Origin: Neocallimastix sp. 'constans'
Lineage: Eukaryota
DNA: 64,000 bases
NCBI GenBank assembly: GCA_050613775.1
Contig: JBODTK010000144.1
Location: 186,001 to 250,000, forward strand
Direction of reading: 5' to 3'
Part shown: in pieces, positions 13,732 to 32,454 of the stretch
How the letters are laid out: every line of letters begins with the position of its first letter
Position numbering within the stretch: position 1 is the first letter of the stretch
Notes under the pieces: generated by a model
The model's database searches: none
The model's input: the letters and a program-made list of their open reading frames with translations, nothing else
Told to the model about the DNA's origin: nothing
Program-made: the position numbers and the translations under genes

Positions 13732-15717
13732 TTTGGTTTTATAGTTTGTTTTCGCTTTTATATTTTATTAATTATTTTATTTATTTTTATTTTTTCTATT
13801 TTTTTTTTTAATATAATATTTTATTTATTCAAATTTAAAATAATTTTCAAAAAATATATATGAATATTTTCATTATTATTTTTTTATAATATATATATAT
13901 TTAAATTTATATTATATGTTCTTACTTTATTTTTATTTTTATATTTTGTTGTATTTTGTATTTATGTTTATAATTTTTTTTATATATATTTATTGTATTT
14001 TGTTTTTTATATTTATAATTTTTTTTTTTTCAATTGTTGTTTAATATTTTTTATAAATTATTCAATAGAATTGTAAAATTTTAAGTGTTGTTTTGTTATT
14101 ATATTTAATTTTTATTATATTTATTATTAAAAACTTTTAATAATTAATTATTTTTATTTTTATTTACCTTTTTTTAAAAGTTTGTTTATCTTTTTCAAAG
14201 ATTTTAAAATATTGAGGAAATTTTTTCATTTTTATAGTATAAAAATTTTATTATTATCATAACAATTAATATTATATTATAAAAAAATATAATTTTTTTG
14301 TTTTTTATTTTAAAAAAAAAAGTAGATAAACCAATTATAAATATATGTTATATATATTACAATATATATAATAGTAATATATTATCATTTATCATAATAT
14401 TATATATTCATCTGATAAAAAAAAAAATATTTATTAATTAACTATTTTCTATTTTACCTTTTTTTTGTAGAATTGAAAATAAATAAATATAAATATATAT
14501 TGGTATTATATTTGTAATAAATAGTTTAATTAATTTTAATTTGATTATTTAATATAAAAATAATTAAATAAACTAACTTCATAAATTTTATATAAAATAT
14601 ATATTTTATATAAAGTATTAATCCTATCATATTGTAGTTTTATTAAATTAATAAAGCCAATATATAAAATTTTATATTAATAATAGATATCATTAAATTT
14701 ATTATGAAATAAGGTTTAATAATAATTATTAAAATTTGTTTTTATTTTAAATATAAAACTTTTTTTTATTAAGTAATAAACTTATATACTAATTTGTGTT
14801 TAACATATAATTTCAAATTAAAATATTCAATAAATTAAAAAATTAAAAATTTAATTTATTAATATAAAATAATATATAGCATTAATATTTTGTAATAAAA
14901 TGGTAAGTATATTAAAATTTTCATTATTAAACTTATAATAGAATAACATAAAATATATAAAATTAATTAATTTTATATATTTACATACTAGTATTGATAG
15001 ACAAACTCTGTTTAATAATTACTTTAGGGAGATCTTTTATATAGTTTCTTATTTAAAATCCTTCATTTATAGTATTGTGTTTTTTAATAATTCATCCTTT
15101 AGTTATTATACAATATTTCTAGTTCTTAAAAGCTTCTTAAATTGTTAAAGTGCTTATTAACTTCTTTTGCAGTAGTAATTCTTTTATATAATAATTATCA
15201 TTTCATACTATTAATAATGTAATAAAAAGTTGTTAAATATAATAATTATGAAAATATAATAGAAATAATAAAATAAATATTAACTAATGTTTTTTCATAA
15301 TTTTATGTTGAGGTGTTATTTTAATATTTGATCTTAATATCAAAATTATAAATTTATGTTTAACACAAATATTATTTTATTTATGCTTTAATATATATAT
15401 TTTTATATTTATTAAGGCTTTTATCTATATTTCATATCAGTATGAGATAAAGATTTCATGAAGTCCATAAAAATCATAATTTTTATTAAATTTATTTTTC
15501 ATAATATCATTAATTATTATAAGTTTTGAGTATTTTATATAGAAAAAACTCAATATCTCATTAATTATTATTATTTTTTTTTATTAATAAAAAAATAATA
15601 AAGATAACTTTTTATAAAAACTATTATTTAATTAAAAAAATTTTTGAAATTAATAAAAAAAAAATTATTTTAGTACGAGTTTAATAATTATTTAATAATT
15701 TTTGAAATATAAAAAAT

Positions 15718-16113
15718 GGGAGAGTTGCATTTCCCCAAATTGCATTTCGCCAGGTTGCATTTCGCCAAGTGGCGTAGTATTAAAATGTTGCAATTCCCCA
15801 AGTTGCATTTCCCCAAGTTGCTTTTCGCCAGGTTGCATTTCGACAAGTAGAGTATTGATATAAATAAAGAATAAATAAATAAATATTAATTCAAAATATA
15901 TTTTTTTTTAAAATTGTTTTTATGCGATATTAATGATAATTAATTTTATTTATTGATTTATTTATTTATTTAATAATTCTCAATTTGGCGAAAAGCAACT
16001 TGGCGAAAAGCAATTTGGCGAAATGCCACATTTTTTTAATACGCCACATGCTTTCAAAAAAATTGGCGAAACGCAACCTGGCGAAATGCAATTTGGCGAA
16101 ATGCCCCACACCC
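15718..16113. mobile_element. Mutator-like foldback MITE with 15-bp subterminal repeat arrays
   Basis: GGG...CCC termini. Left arm has tandem GTTGCATTTCGCCAA-like units and right arm has inverted TTGGCGAAATGCAA units. Perfect 9-bp TSD ATAAAAAAT at 15709-15717 and 16114-16122. Confidence 0.9.
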
Positions 16114-16882
16114 ATAAAAAATAATTATTTATAAAATCTTTCCAATACATTGGTAAAAAAATATATATATTAATATATTAATTACTAATAATAAATATCA
16201 TTAAACTTTTATAAATCATAGAATTTAAAATTATTTGTTCAAGTTATGATAATTCATAATAAATTTTTTTTTTGTTAAAATAATGAAAACCATGGATTAG
16301 ATTTCCTTTTTTTTTTTTTTTTTTTTAAATTCTATCAATACTTTTAAAGTATGGGTTCCACAATTATATATATATATAAAATTTAGGAAAAATTAAAATA
16401 TTAAATATTAAATAGACGTTTATTAGCAGTACCAAAATATATTTATATATTTAGTAATAAAATGAAATACTACTTTACTACTTAATTCTAAATAATTTGA
16501 TTTAATATAATAATAATATATCATAAAAAAATATATATATTTATTGTATTTAATTTAAATGTAAATTTAATTTATTATGAGAATAATTATTATGTATTAA
16601 TTATTCTATATTATTCTATTATGTTATAGATATAATTTCAATAATAAAAAGTACCACATAATAATTTCTTAATAATAAATTTATCATAATAAATAAAATA
16701 AATATAGTTGATCATTAATATATATTTTAATAAAAGATCTTTTATTATTATTATTTTTTTTTAAAAAAAAGTATATGTATTAATTGTATTAAATAGATAT
16801 TATATATATTATATATATTAATAAAAATTCTATTATTTATTGCATAAATTATTATATATAATAATAATAATATGATGATTTA

Positions 16883-17707
16883 TTATATAAATAAACCGAA
16901 AAATTGGACATCTTCATTTAATATATGACATTGAACAATGAATGAATAAATATCAATAATAGTTGCTGCCCAATATAAATTTTCTTTACATATATTTTTA
17001 TTAAGTTGAGTATAGTTCGGTTCAAAATATTGTTGAAAGATTTCATTTAATTCATCAATTCCATCACTTCAATTAAAAAATTTTAATAAATTGAGTTGTG
17101 TAAATTTTATAAAGTGAAAAGTTATATAAAAATAAATGATATATAAATATAAAAATAAATAAACACATAAATAAACGGTTAATTAAAATAAATAGAAATA
17201 AATAAATAGAAATATTGATAAATAAATAAAGATATTATATAAATAATTTCAATAATATTATTTACCTTGTATATTGTTCAATTATTTTTTGTTCTACACT
17301 TTTATCTTCTCCAAGAAGATTTTTAAAATTAGTATTATTACGATTTATCATTAAATAAAACATAAATAAAGATTCTTCATCCCATTCAATTTCAACGTTT
17401 GCTTTTGGAAGAATTTCAGCTAAAGTTTCATCATTAAGAATTTTTTCAATACGAACAATTTTATCATCATTTAATATATCTTTAAGCATATTTTCTGCTA
17501 AAATTCTAGCTCCTCTTAGTAATTTTAATTGTCCTATAAAACAATACATTTTATTAAAATAATTAAAATTAAATCAATATTATTTATATATTATACTTTA
17601 TAGCTTATATTTTAGCTTATATTTTATATTTTATTATATTATTATATTATTATTTTATATTTTATATTTTATATTTTATTATTTTATATAATATTTAGTT
17701 ATTATTT

Positions 17708-17740
<33 letters not shown>

Positions 17741-18429
17741 AATAAATAAATAAATAAAATTTATTATTACCTTCTCTATATATGGTTGCCATTGGATTTG
17801 GTTTAATTTTTGGATACTTTTTAATATTTATTCTTCGAGAATTAACAATTTTGTTTTCTTTAGTTTCTAATAAATGCTTTAATGTAGTGAGCATAACGAC
17901 CTCATTTCTTAAAGAAATTTTTTCTTTAATTAAAGTTTTTCGAGCTTCTGGTAATTGATCATCTTCAATAGCATTAATTTTTTTTTCATAATTAATAAGT
18001 TCCCATTCATTCATAACTAAGATTCTTACCATATTTAATAACTTATCAGATAATTTCTTTTCAACAAGAATTTCTTTAGAATGTAAAAAGTGTAATAAAA
18101 AGATATTGTCTAATTTTACTAAGATTTTTGATTTACGATCAACTAAAGGATCCATACCAGTATTGACTTTGACACGACAATAATCGTCTGGATTATTTTC
18201 AATACAGAAACCATAACCCATTAAAAATTCCTATTCAATGATAATAAAATAATAATAACAATAATAATAATAATAATAATAATAATATATATATATATAT
18301 ATATTTTTATTTTTATTTTTTTTTTTTTTTTTTTTTTTAATAACAATAGTAACAACACAAATGAATATTATAATAGTAATTATAAATAATTTTTATTAAT
18401 ACTAATATTACACTAATAATAATAATAAC

Positions 18430-18514
<85 letters not shown>

Positions 18515-19012
18515 TTGGAATAAAAATTTTTGTATATAAAATACCTCATTTCCTTTTGGTCCATAATTATTGAAACATTCTTTTCCTGCTTCTAAATCTT
18601 CATCTGTAATAAAATGCACCATACCATTTTCGACTTTCCATGTAATTTTTTGACCACGACGATGATTTAACATATCAATACCGGGCCATAAACAGAAATT
18701 ACATTTTTCAACTTCAGGATTACCAATTGAAAAATTTTCAGTAGATTTTACTTTAATCATATCTTTAATAGTTGGTTTTTTATTAGAATTATCCTCATTA
18801 TGATCTTTATCATTAGAATCATTATTTTTTTTTGTTCTAGTGGCACGACTTGGAAAACCACGACTGTAAATTGATGAGTATGCCCATAAGAAATTTTCCC
18901 TATTAAAAAAATTTATTATTATTTTTTTTTTTTATTAATTATTCAATTAATTATTAATATAATACTAGTTATTATAAAATTGTTTATTATTCAAACATAT
19001 TTTAGTAATAAT

Positions 19013-19051
<39 letters not shown>

Positions 19052-19754
19052 TTTACCATGTTAAAGCATTTGAAGATTTAAATAAATCCGTATTTTTACA
19101 AGCTTCTTCAATGACATTGTATTCTGATTTTAATAAATCTCTTCTTTCTTTAATATAATAAGATAAATTTGTTTCGTCTAATTCTAATTGTATTTGTTCT
19201 TCAGTCCACCATAATGGATCGTCATATTCCTCGGGTAATGTCCATAAATATCTACTAAATGGTGATTTTTCCCTTGTTTCATATTTTTCATATATTAAAA
19301 ATGAACATAAATAAATACGACCTGAAAGTGTTAAATCTTTAACTTCATTTGGCTGATTTTCAAGATATTTTGAAATTGTTTGACCAATTATTGAATCTTC
19401 TGCAATTTCTTGAGTAATAATTAATGATTGTGGAATAGATGCAATTACTTCACCAGCTTTAAGGTCTTTATTTAATACTGCATATCTATTAACTATTTTG
19501 AATTATCATATTAATATAATTTGTTTTTAAATTGTAGAAAAAAAAATAATTAATTTTTGAACTTTGTTTAAATCTTTTTATCTTATTTTATTTTTATTAT
19601 ATATATATTAATTCAATTTTTCAAAAATGAATTTTATCAAAAAAAAAAAAAAAAAAAGTAATCTTTATTTAACTGCACATATATTCAAATTATTAATTTA
19701 TTATTATTATATTTATCTTTATGATTATAAATTATTAATAATCATTATATGGAT

Positions 19755-19796
<42 letters not shown>

Positions 19797-20117
19797 AATA
19801 ATATTTTATTCTCTTTTCTCTTTTTTAAAAAAACCATTTTATCAAACTTAATAAATCATATAATTGAATGAAAAATAGAACAGATAATAGTATACATATA
19901 AAATTTAGTATTATTTTAAATAATTTAATTAACTGCTATACTTACATGGTGTTAAATATTCCAAATGTATATTTTCCATATTTGAACCATTTTCATTTAA
20001 CCATTTTAAAAATTCATTAATATCAGATAAATTTTCTGAATCACATTTCTGAATTTTTGTTTTATTCTTTAATTCAATATTATCTGTAATTTCCGAAATT
20101 TCCCTTTTATTACTCAT
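16883..20117 (-). CDS. SET-domain protein lysine methyltransferase, Rubisco-LSMT/SETD3/Efm1-Rkm-like family
   Basis: FLKWLNENG, GEVIASIPQSLII, YLWTLPEEYDDPLWW, FLWAYSSIYSR, LWPGIDMLNH, ECFNNYGPKGNEEFLMGYGFCIENNPDD, then a substrate-binding helical region. Stop at 16883-16885. Confidence 0.88.
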
Positions 20118-20400
20118 TTTTAACCTCTTAAATGTCTATTATATATATTCTTAAATAAATTATATTTCTTCTAATATTGAAAAATATTTATTACTTTAAA
20201 AGTAATTATTCTTCTTTTAAATAAATTGTTATATATATATTTAGTATTAATTTTTTTTTATTTTTTTTTTAAAATAAAAAAAAAAAATATTTTAAAAAAT
20301 ATTAACCAATAAAATTTACAGATTTAAATTTTAATTTGTTAATTCAAATTAAATCAATTCTTGTTTATATGGATTATTTTTTTTTAAAAAAAAATACACA

Positions 20401-20475
<75 letters not shown>

Positions 20476-20836
20476 ATTATTATTATTTTATAATTATCAT
20501 TTTAAAATTTTTGTATAATTTTAAATATTAAAATATTTTAATTTTTAAATGTATAAATTTTAATTTTATTTATGTAAAAATTATTATTATGTACAATTAG
20601 AAAATATTTTTTATTAATTCAAACAGTTTTTTTTTTTTTTTTTGAAACATTTATTACATATTTATTAATAAAATTAATATATATATGAATATTAATTATT
20701 AATATTACTACTATTTTCTATACTTAAAGTAAATATAATAGTCACATATAAATTAACTAAAAAAACTAAATATATATGTAAAATTTAGGTATCATATTAA
20801 CTCAAAATTTATTCATCATTAAAAGGACATAATAAA

Positions 20837-26053
<5,217 letters not shown>

Positions 26054-26976
26054 TTTTTAATTAATAATATGCTGTATATTTTATATAATTGTAAAAGTGG
26101 AAAATATAATAAACATCTAATAATAAGATAATCCTTTTTTTTTTATTTACAAAACTTTTAAATTTGAATAAAATTTTTTTAAAACTTTATATGTTTTTAA
26201 ATAATTTAATTAAATTATGAATATAATAAAATTTTTTTTAAAAAATTTAACGAATTAAATTTCATAGTTTGATTTTAAACTTTATTTACAAAGTAAATAG
26301 TATTTTATTAACAAATAAAGTTAGATATAATTTTTATTATTTTATCATTTATTTTATATAATTTTTTTTTTTTTATTCATAATTTTATCTATTTGTTATT
26401 TAAATAAATAATGATAATAAAAATAATAATAATAATAATAATAATAATTGTTTAGTATTAATTTTAATGAATTTAATGAATAAATTAAATAATCAAATAT
26501 TATAAATATTTATGTAAAATTAGATTTAAAATATGATATTAATATTATTTTGTTAATGCATATTTCTATACTTTTCATGTACATGTCTCTAAAATTTATT
26601 AATGTTCACGTGAAGTAATTTTATAATGTAAAAATAATACTTTAATAATAAAAAAAATATTTATTAAATAATATACAAATGAATAATTAAATAATAAATA
26701 AATTACCTTTAATAATAATATAATAATAATAATGATAATAATTAATTAATAATAGATAATATAAATATAAATATAAAAAAAAAAAAATTATATAAATAAA
26801 TATATTAAAAAAATTTCTACTTTAGAATTATTTTTTTTTTTTTTTTTTTATTTTTATTTATTTTTCTATAAAAATTTTTATGTAAAAAAAAAAAATAATT
26901 TAATATTTTTAATATACTATATACTAATAATAAATTAATGATTGAAAAAAATTTAAGTGAAAAAATTATAATCATG

Positions 26977-27012
<36 letters not shown>

Positions 27013-27219
27013 TAATAATAATCTTAAAAGAAAAATAAAAAAAAGTACAATATTTTAGTTTAAGTAAAAATAAAAAATTTTAATTTAGTAATAAAAAATT
27101 AATAAAAATAAGTTAAATAAAAATTTTTTAATTATAAATAATGTATATTTTAATATAAATATTAATATATATTACTACTATTTTTTTTTTTTTTTTTTTT
27201 TTAATATTTGTAATTCTTT

Positions 27220-29150
27220 TTAAACACTTTTATCTTTTGGATTCTGTTCATCTTCTACTGGAATTTCTTCTATATAATTATTCATTTCTTCTACTTCGTC
27301 TGACCATAAATCACTTGAATCAACTTCACGTACCTTTTTAGGTACATAAATATCTTCATATATAAAATTATTTTCATCATAATCTGAATCATATTCTGAG
27401 TAATCATAATCTGAACTAACAGTTCCTGATTCTGTTCCCGAGCTTTCTGACTCTGTCTCTTCTTCATTTTCAGTATTATATTCATCATCTTCCATAACTT
27501 GGGTAATGGAAATAACTTTTCTTTTCCTCATTTGTTGTGTATTAGTGGCTTCATTTTCTGAAGAATTTTCTGGTAATGAATAATTTTGTTGTTCTTTTTG
27601 TTGTTGAAGTAATAATTTTTGTTGATTTCTTCTTTCTCTTTCTGCTTCTTTTTTAATAGCCTTTAAAACCATTCTTTCTCTATCTTCTTCAGTAGTAGTT
27701 CTTACTACATAACCTTCACTATCTCTTCTTACATGACGAGATAATTTACCATCATAATTTCTTGTTCCATATTTCTTTTTGGATTCCTGTGCTTCGATAT
27801 CTTCTTTTTTTACTCTTTTATATTGATAATATTCTTTTGGTGGCCAATAAACTAAATATTCATTATTTTCACTGGGAATATAGTTCCCTACAATTTTAAA
27901 ATTGACACCATCTCCCGAACCTTTTCCATTAAAAAACCAATTAAAAATATTTGAACCATAAACGTCCTTTAAATTTTCAAACCAACCATAATCATATGGA
28001 TATTTAACGTCTGGAACTTCTCCTTTTTCTTTTAAAATATCAATTTTTTTATTTTCTCTATCTTCAATAGTACTAGTATTACTAGTAGCATACATGATTT
28101 GAAAAGCAAAAAGTGGAGAAACAAGAAATACAACAACAAAAAGCATAATTAAATCAATTACTATAAATATCATTTCTTTTTTCGCAATTAAAGGATATGG
28201 TTTTTGTGTTTCATCAATGTTATAATTATATTTATTGTTTTGATAATCAATGACATTTAATATACGTTTACCAATTAATATTAAATTATATAAACAAAGA
28301 AAAGTTACATAACCTAAAAATCTACCGAAATAAGCAACATTATTATACCCTACACAATTTGCAACCCAAGGACCTTAATTTATTATTTAATTATAAAATT
28401 TATTATTATTAAATAGGAAGTTAAAAAAAGGAAGTACATATATACATATCTGATATTTAATTAATTTTATATTATTATATTATTTAATTATTTTAACATT
28501 AAATAAAAGCAACATATATGAATTTAATTTATTTACATTAAATAAGAATAATTTTTCTTACTAATTAAATTATTTGTAATATTAAATAAATATATATATA
28601 TATATAATTATGTATTTTCATATTCATAAAGCAAATAGTATAAAATCAATTACTTACAATGATGATCCATTCTCAAAACACAACGATTACAAATACTACA
28701 ATGGTGAGCTCTTGCGGGTTTATAGCCATTACATTTATCACATTTTAATGGTAAATATCCTTTCAATTGAACTCCTAAAAACTTTCTATTTCTTAATTGA
28801 TTTAATGGAATATCATCATCAGACATTTTATTTTTACTATTTTTATCTTTCTTTTTATTTTTTTTAGCTAATTTTTTTGCTTCGGAAATTGATTTATTGA
28901 ATTCGTCTGGAACATATCCCGGATTAATAAACATTGTTATAAAATAATTGGTATATAATAAAAATAACATTATATTATATGGTAACAAATATTTTAATAT
29001 CTCTATTAAACCATAATATGAAAGCCAAGGATAAAATATTTCATATTGTGAGGACGTTGAAATAAATATAATGACAGCAATTGCACCAAGTGAAACTAAA
29101 TTTTCATTTCTAAATTTTCTTTTCAATATATTTTTTATACTTGAAGCCAT
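27220..29150 (-). CDS. DHHC palmitoyltransferase (Pfa4/ZDHHC6-like), 2 exons
   Basis: [28 protein letters not shown] spliced to [12 protein letters not shown] (intron ~28374-28654). Also transmembrane segments, the NTSTIE motif, [11 protein letters not shown] and YWPP. Confidence 0.92.
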
Positions 29151-29734
29151 TTTTTTAATTTAGAATTATTATGAACATAATTATTTCTATGTATATTTAT
29201 TTCTTTTTATTATTATTATTATTTTTTTTTTTTTTATGTATTTTATAAAAGAAAAAAATTCTATTTAAATTATGAATTGCATAAATAAATTATTATATGA
29301 GATAGTAATTTATAAATAAATGTTCATATGATTATAATAATAATAATAATAATATGATTGTAATAATGAATAATATTTAAAATTGACAAAAGATTAACTT
29401 TATTATAAAATATTCATATATTATTATCGTTCCTTTTCCAAATTAAAACATTCGATCTTGTTAATAAATAAAAAAAAAATATATTAAAACATTTTAAATT
29501 AAAAATTTTATTACTTCGTAAAATCCTTTTTTTTAATAAAAAAAAAAAATTGAATAGTTAATATATTGAAAAAAATTATAATGAATAAAATTTAAAAAAA
29601 TTTATTAAAAAAAATTATATACAAATTTTTATAATTATAGAAATATACATTTTTATAATTAGTAATATATAATTGTTATAGATTTAAATGGTATATTAAA
29701 ATTTAAAAAAATATTTGATTGAATCAATTATAAA

Positions 29735-30035
29735 TGGGTTTTGCGTGAAAGGTTAGGGGTTAAACGATACTCAGGTAGGTATGTTTTCTATATTTCTAAC
29801 ACTATAAGAATCCCATTGCGTAGGCCTTGTCTGAGAGGATTTACTGTGTCCAGCTCCTCTGGGATGGCAAGGACACCACCTATAGTTGGCACTGCTTTCC
29901 CTCGAGGATCGCGTATGGTGCTTCTATATGGAGTTTCTTTGCTTATGGGGAGTTGAGAGAGTCGACGCCGTACTGGTATGGCAGTTAATCAAACACCCAT
30001 ATTACTATATGGGGAAGACCAAAGTCTTCAGTCTA

Positions 30036-30063
<28 letters not shown>
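29735..30063 (+). mobile_element. Retroposed insert (SINE or 5'-truncated non-LTR retrotransposon) with poly-A tail and 14-bp TSD
   Basis: GC-rich ~300 bp island with an A27 tail (30037-30063). Exact direct repeat GAATCAATTATAAA at 29721-29734 and 30064-30077. Confidence 0.92.
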
Positions 30064-30066
<3 letters not shown>

Positions 30067-31555
30067 TCAATTATAAAAAAGTAATTTGTAATAATGGAAA
30101 CCACCATATTAAATGAATCTATATGAAATTTTTAAATAAATATCTAATACATAATTAATAATAAAAGATTTGAAAATAAAAAAAAATCTCAACATATATA
30201 TATGTATTAATTTATATATATATATTGATTTAAACATTTTATTTGACAAATTTAACCTTTAGAAGCAATTAACATTTATTATTACATTATTCTAAATTTA
30301 TAATTTTTTTTATTAAATTATTAAAAAATCTTTTTATCTAACCAATTTTTCATATAAAATATTTTCCCCTTTTTTAAATAATATTTTTAAATTAAATATT
30401 TTGATTAACAAATATATGTTTGAATCCTATCTTATGGCAAACTTGTTTAAAAAAAAATAAATTCACCATCTTTAAAAATTCATATTTTCTTCCACTGGTC
30501 CGTTATCCTTTATTTTTAACTATAAATTTATAAATAAATTCATAATATTAAAATAAAAGATGCACATACTAGCTACATGCAACAATGGTTGGATATTTAA
30601 AGTCCAAAACCGTGAAGTCATTAATTCCAAAAAAATATTTCTTATTAAAAAAATATTTTATTGAAATCTTTATGGATTATTTTACTTTAATTCTGATTGG
30701 ATAAATTTATATTATAAAATATAAAAATAATGAAATATGTATATAAATATAAATTAAATAGTACGTATTCAAATATGTGAATTTGATTTTAAAAAAAAAT
30801 TGAAAAAGAGATATCTGATAAAAATATGAGATAATTTTTTAAACATTATTCAATAAATAGAAAAGTTATTTTAATTTAATTATTTAGCCTTAATTATTTT
30901 TCTTATTTTTTTTCTTTCATATTAAACATGAATTTGAGAAACATTATTTATTATTAATTAATTAAAATGTTTTATTTTATTGCTTTTAAATAAAATAAAA
31001 CAAAAAAAGGAAATTAATATATTTAATTTTAATAAAAATTCATAATAAAATAACTGTTCTAATACAATATCTGGTTCTTTTTAATTCTGTATTTAAAAAA
31101 AAAATAAAAGTTTTTTTAAAAATATGAAAATTACTCATTTTCTTAATTAATATTATAGTAATACTTCTTTAATTTTACTTTTTTATGAACTAATTTCAAC
31201 CATATTTATTTTTTTATTTAACCTTTTTAAATATAATATTTGTTAATGTTTTATAGAAATAAATCTATATTTATATAATAAATGATAATATAAAAATTTA
31301 AATTAAATTTCATATATTAGAGATTTCTAGTTTTTACATTTGAAAATGTTAAAAAGTGAACTTTAAAAATACATATATATATAATAATAATGAATATAAT
31401 AATACTTATATATATATTTTATCATATATTTTATTATATATATATAATTTAAATTGTAAAGTAATATGATTTTATAAAAATAATAAAAAATAAATATATA
31501 AATATATAAATATATATGTAGAAATAGAAAATATATATATAAATAGAAAAATATA

Positions 31556-31588
<33 letters not shown>

Positions 31589-31636
31589 TAAAAAAAAAAA
31601 AAAATAAAATAAAAAATATATATATATAATTAAAAA

Positions 31637-31676
<40 letters not shown>

Positions 31677-31681
31677 ATAAA

Positions 31682-31712
<31 letters not shown>

Positions 31713-32190
31713 TAAAATAAAAATAAAATAAAAATAAAAAAAAAAAAAAAAAAAAAAAATAAAAATAAAAATAAAAATAAAAATAAAAATAAAAATAAAA
31801 ATTAAAAATAAAAATAATTAAAAATAAAAATAAAAATAAAAAATATATTGATTTATATATATATTAATTTTAATATGAATTTAAATTCTAATAGATTATA
31901 AATTTATATATTATTATTTTATATATTATTATTTTTATAAAATAGTATAAATATAGAGTAGTGAATAAATTTTCGAAACTTTAAAATTTTTAATTTATCC
32001 TATCATTTTTTCTGTTAAAAATTTAAACAAAAAAAATTATATTCGAATAATTTTTTATATAATAATTAGATATAAAATATATTTTATTTTATTTTAATTT
32101 TAATTGTTTAATATATTTTTAAACACTTTTTTTCGATATATATATATATATAAATTTAATAAAAAAAAATTTTTTTTGATAATTTAAGAC

Positions 32191-32418
32191 ATGTATCAGC
32201 AGAGGGCTCCAGCGCCAATACTAGAGTCAAATACATCAAAAAGAGCCGTTATTGATGTTAGCCATGATGACGATGATGACTGGCTTCCAGTAAATATTTT
32301 TTACCATAATCATTATAAAATCCTATTAAACTATATAAACTATATTCAAAATTAATATATATGGTTTCTTTAATAAATATATATTCAAATACATATAACA
32401 ATTTAACACTTTTATCTT

Positions 32419-32454
<36 letters not shown>

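Noticed and set aside
15718..16113. Short regularly repeated units that could suggest a CRISPR or iteron array
   Set aside because: Units are contiguous without unique spacers, are inverted between arms, and are bounded by a 9-bp TSD in a eukaryotic context; this is a MITE.
2934..20117. Two SET-domain genes nearby as a tandem duplication or cluster
   Set aside because: They belong to distantly related SET families (Set2 vs LSMT-type) with no visible sequence similarity.
29751..29762. GGTTAGGGGTTA telomere-like or telomerase-template-like motif
   Set aside because: Only one full TTAGGG, and the template sense would be opposite to the poly-A strand; likely chance.
29831..29862. CTGAGAG as a hammerhead ribozyme core
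   Set aside because: Does not fit CUGANGA, and there is no correctly placed GAAA after the stem.
29741..29956. 71-aa ORF inside the GC-rich insert as a standalone gene
   Set aside because: Starts at TTG within a TSD-flanked poly-A insert and has no recognisable motif. It could be the tail of a LINE ORF, but this is unsupported.
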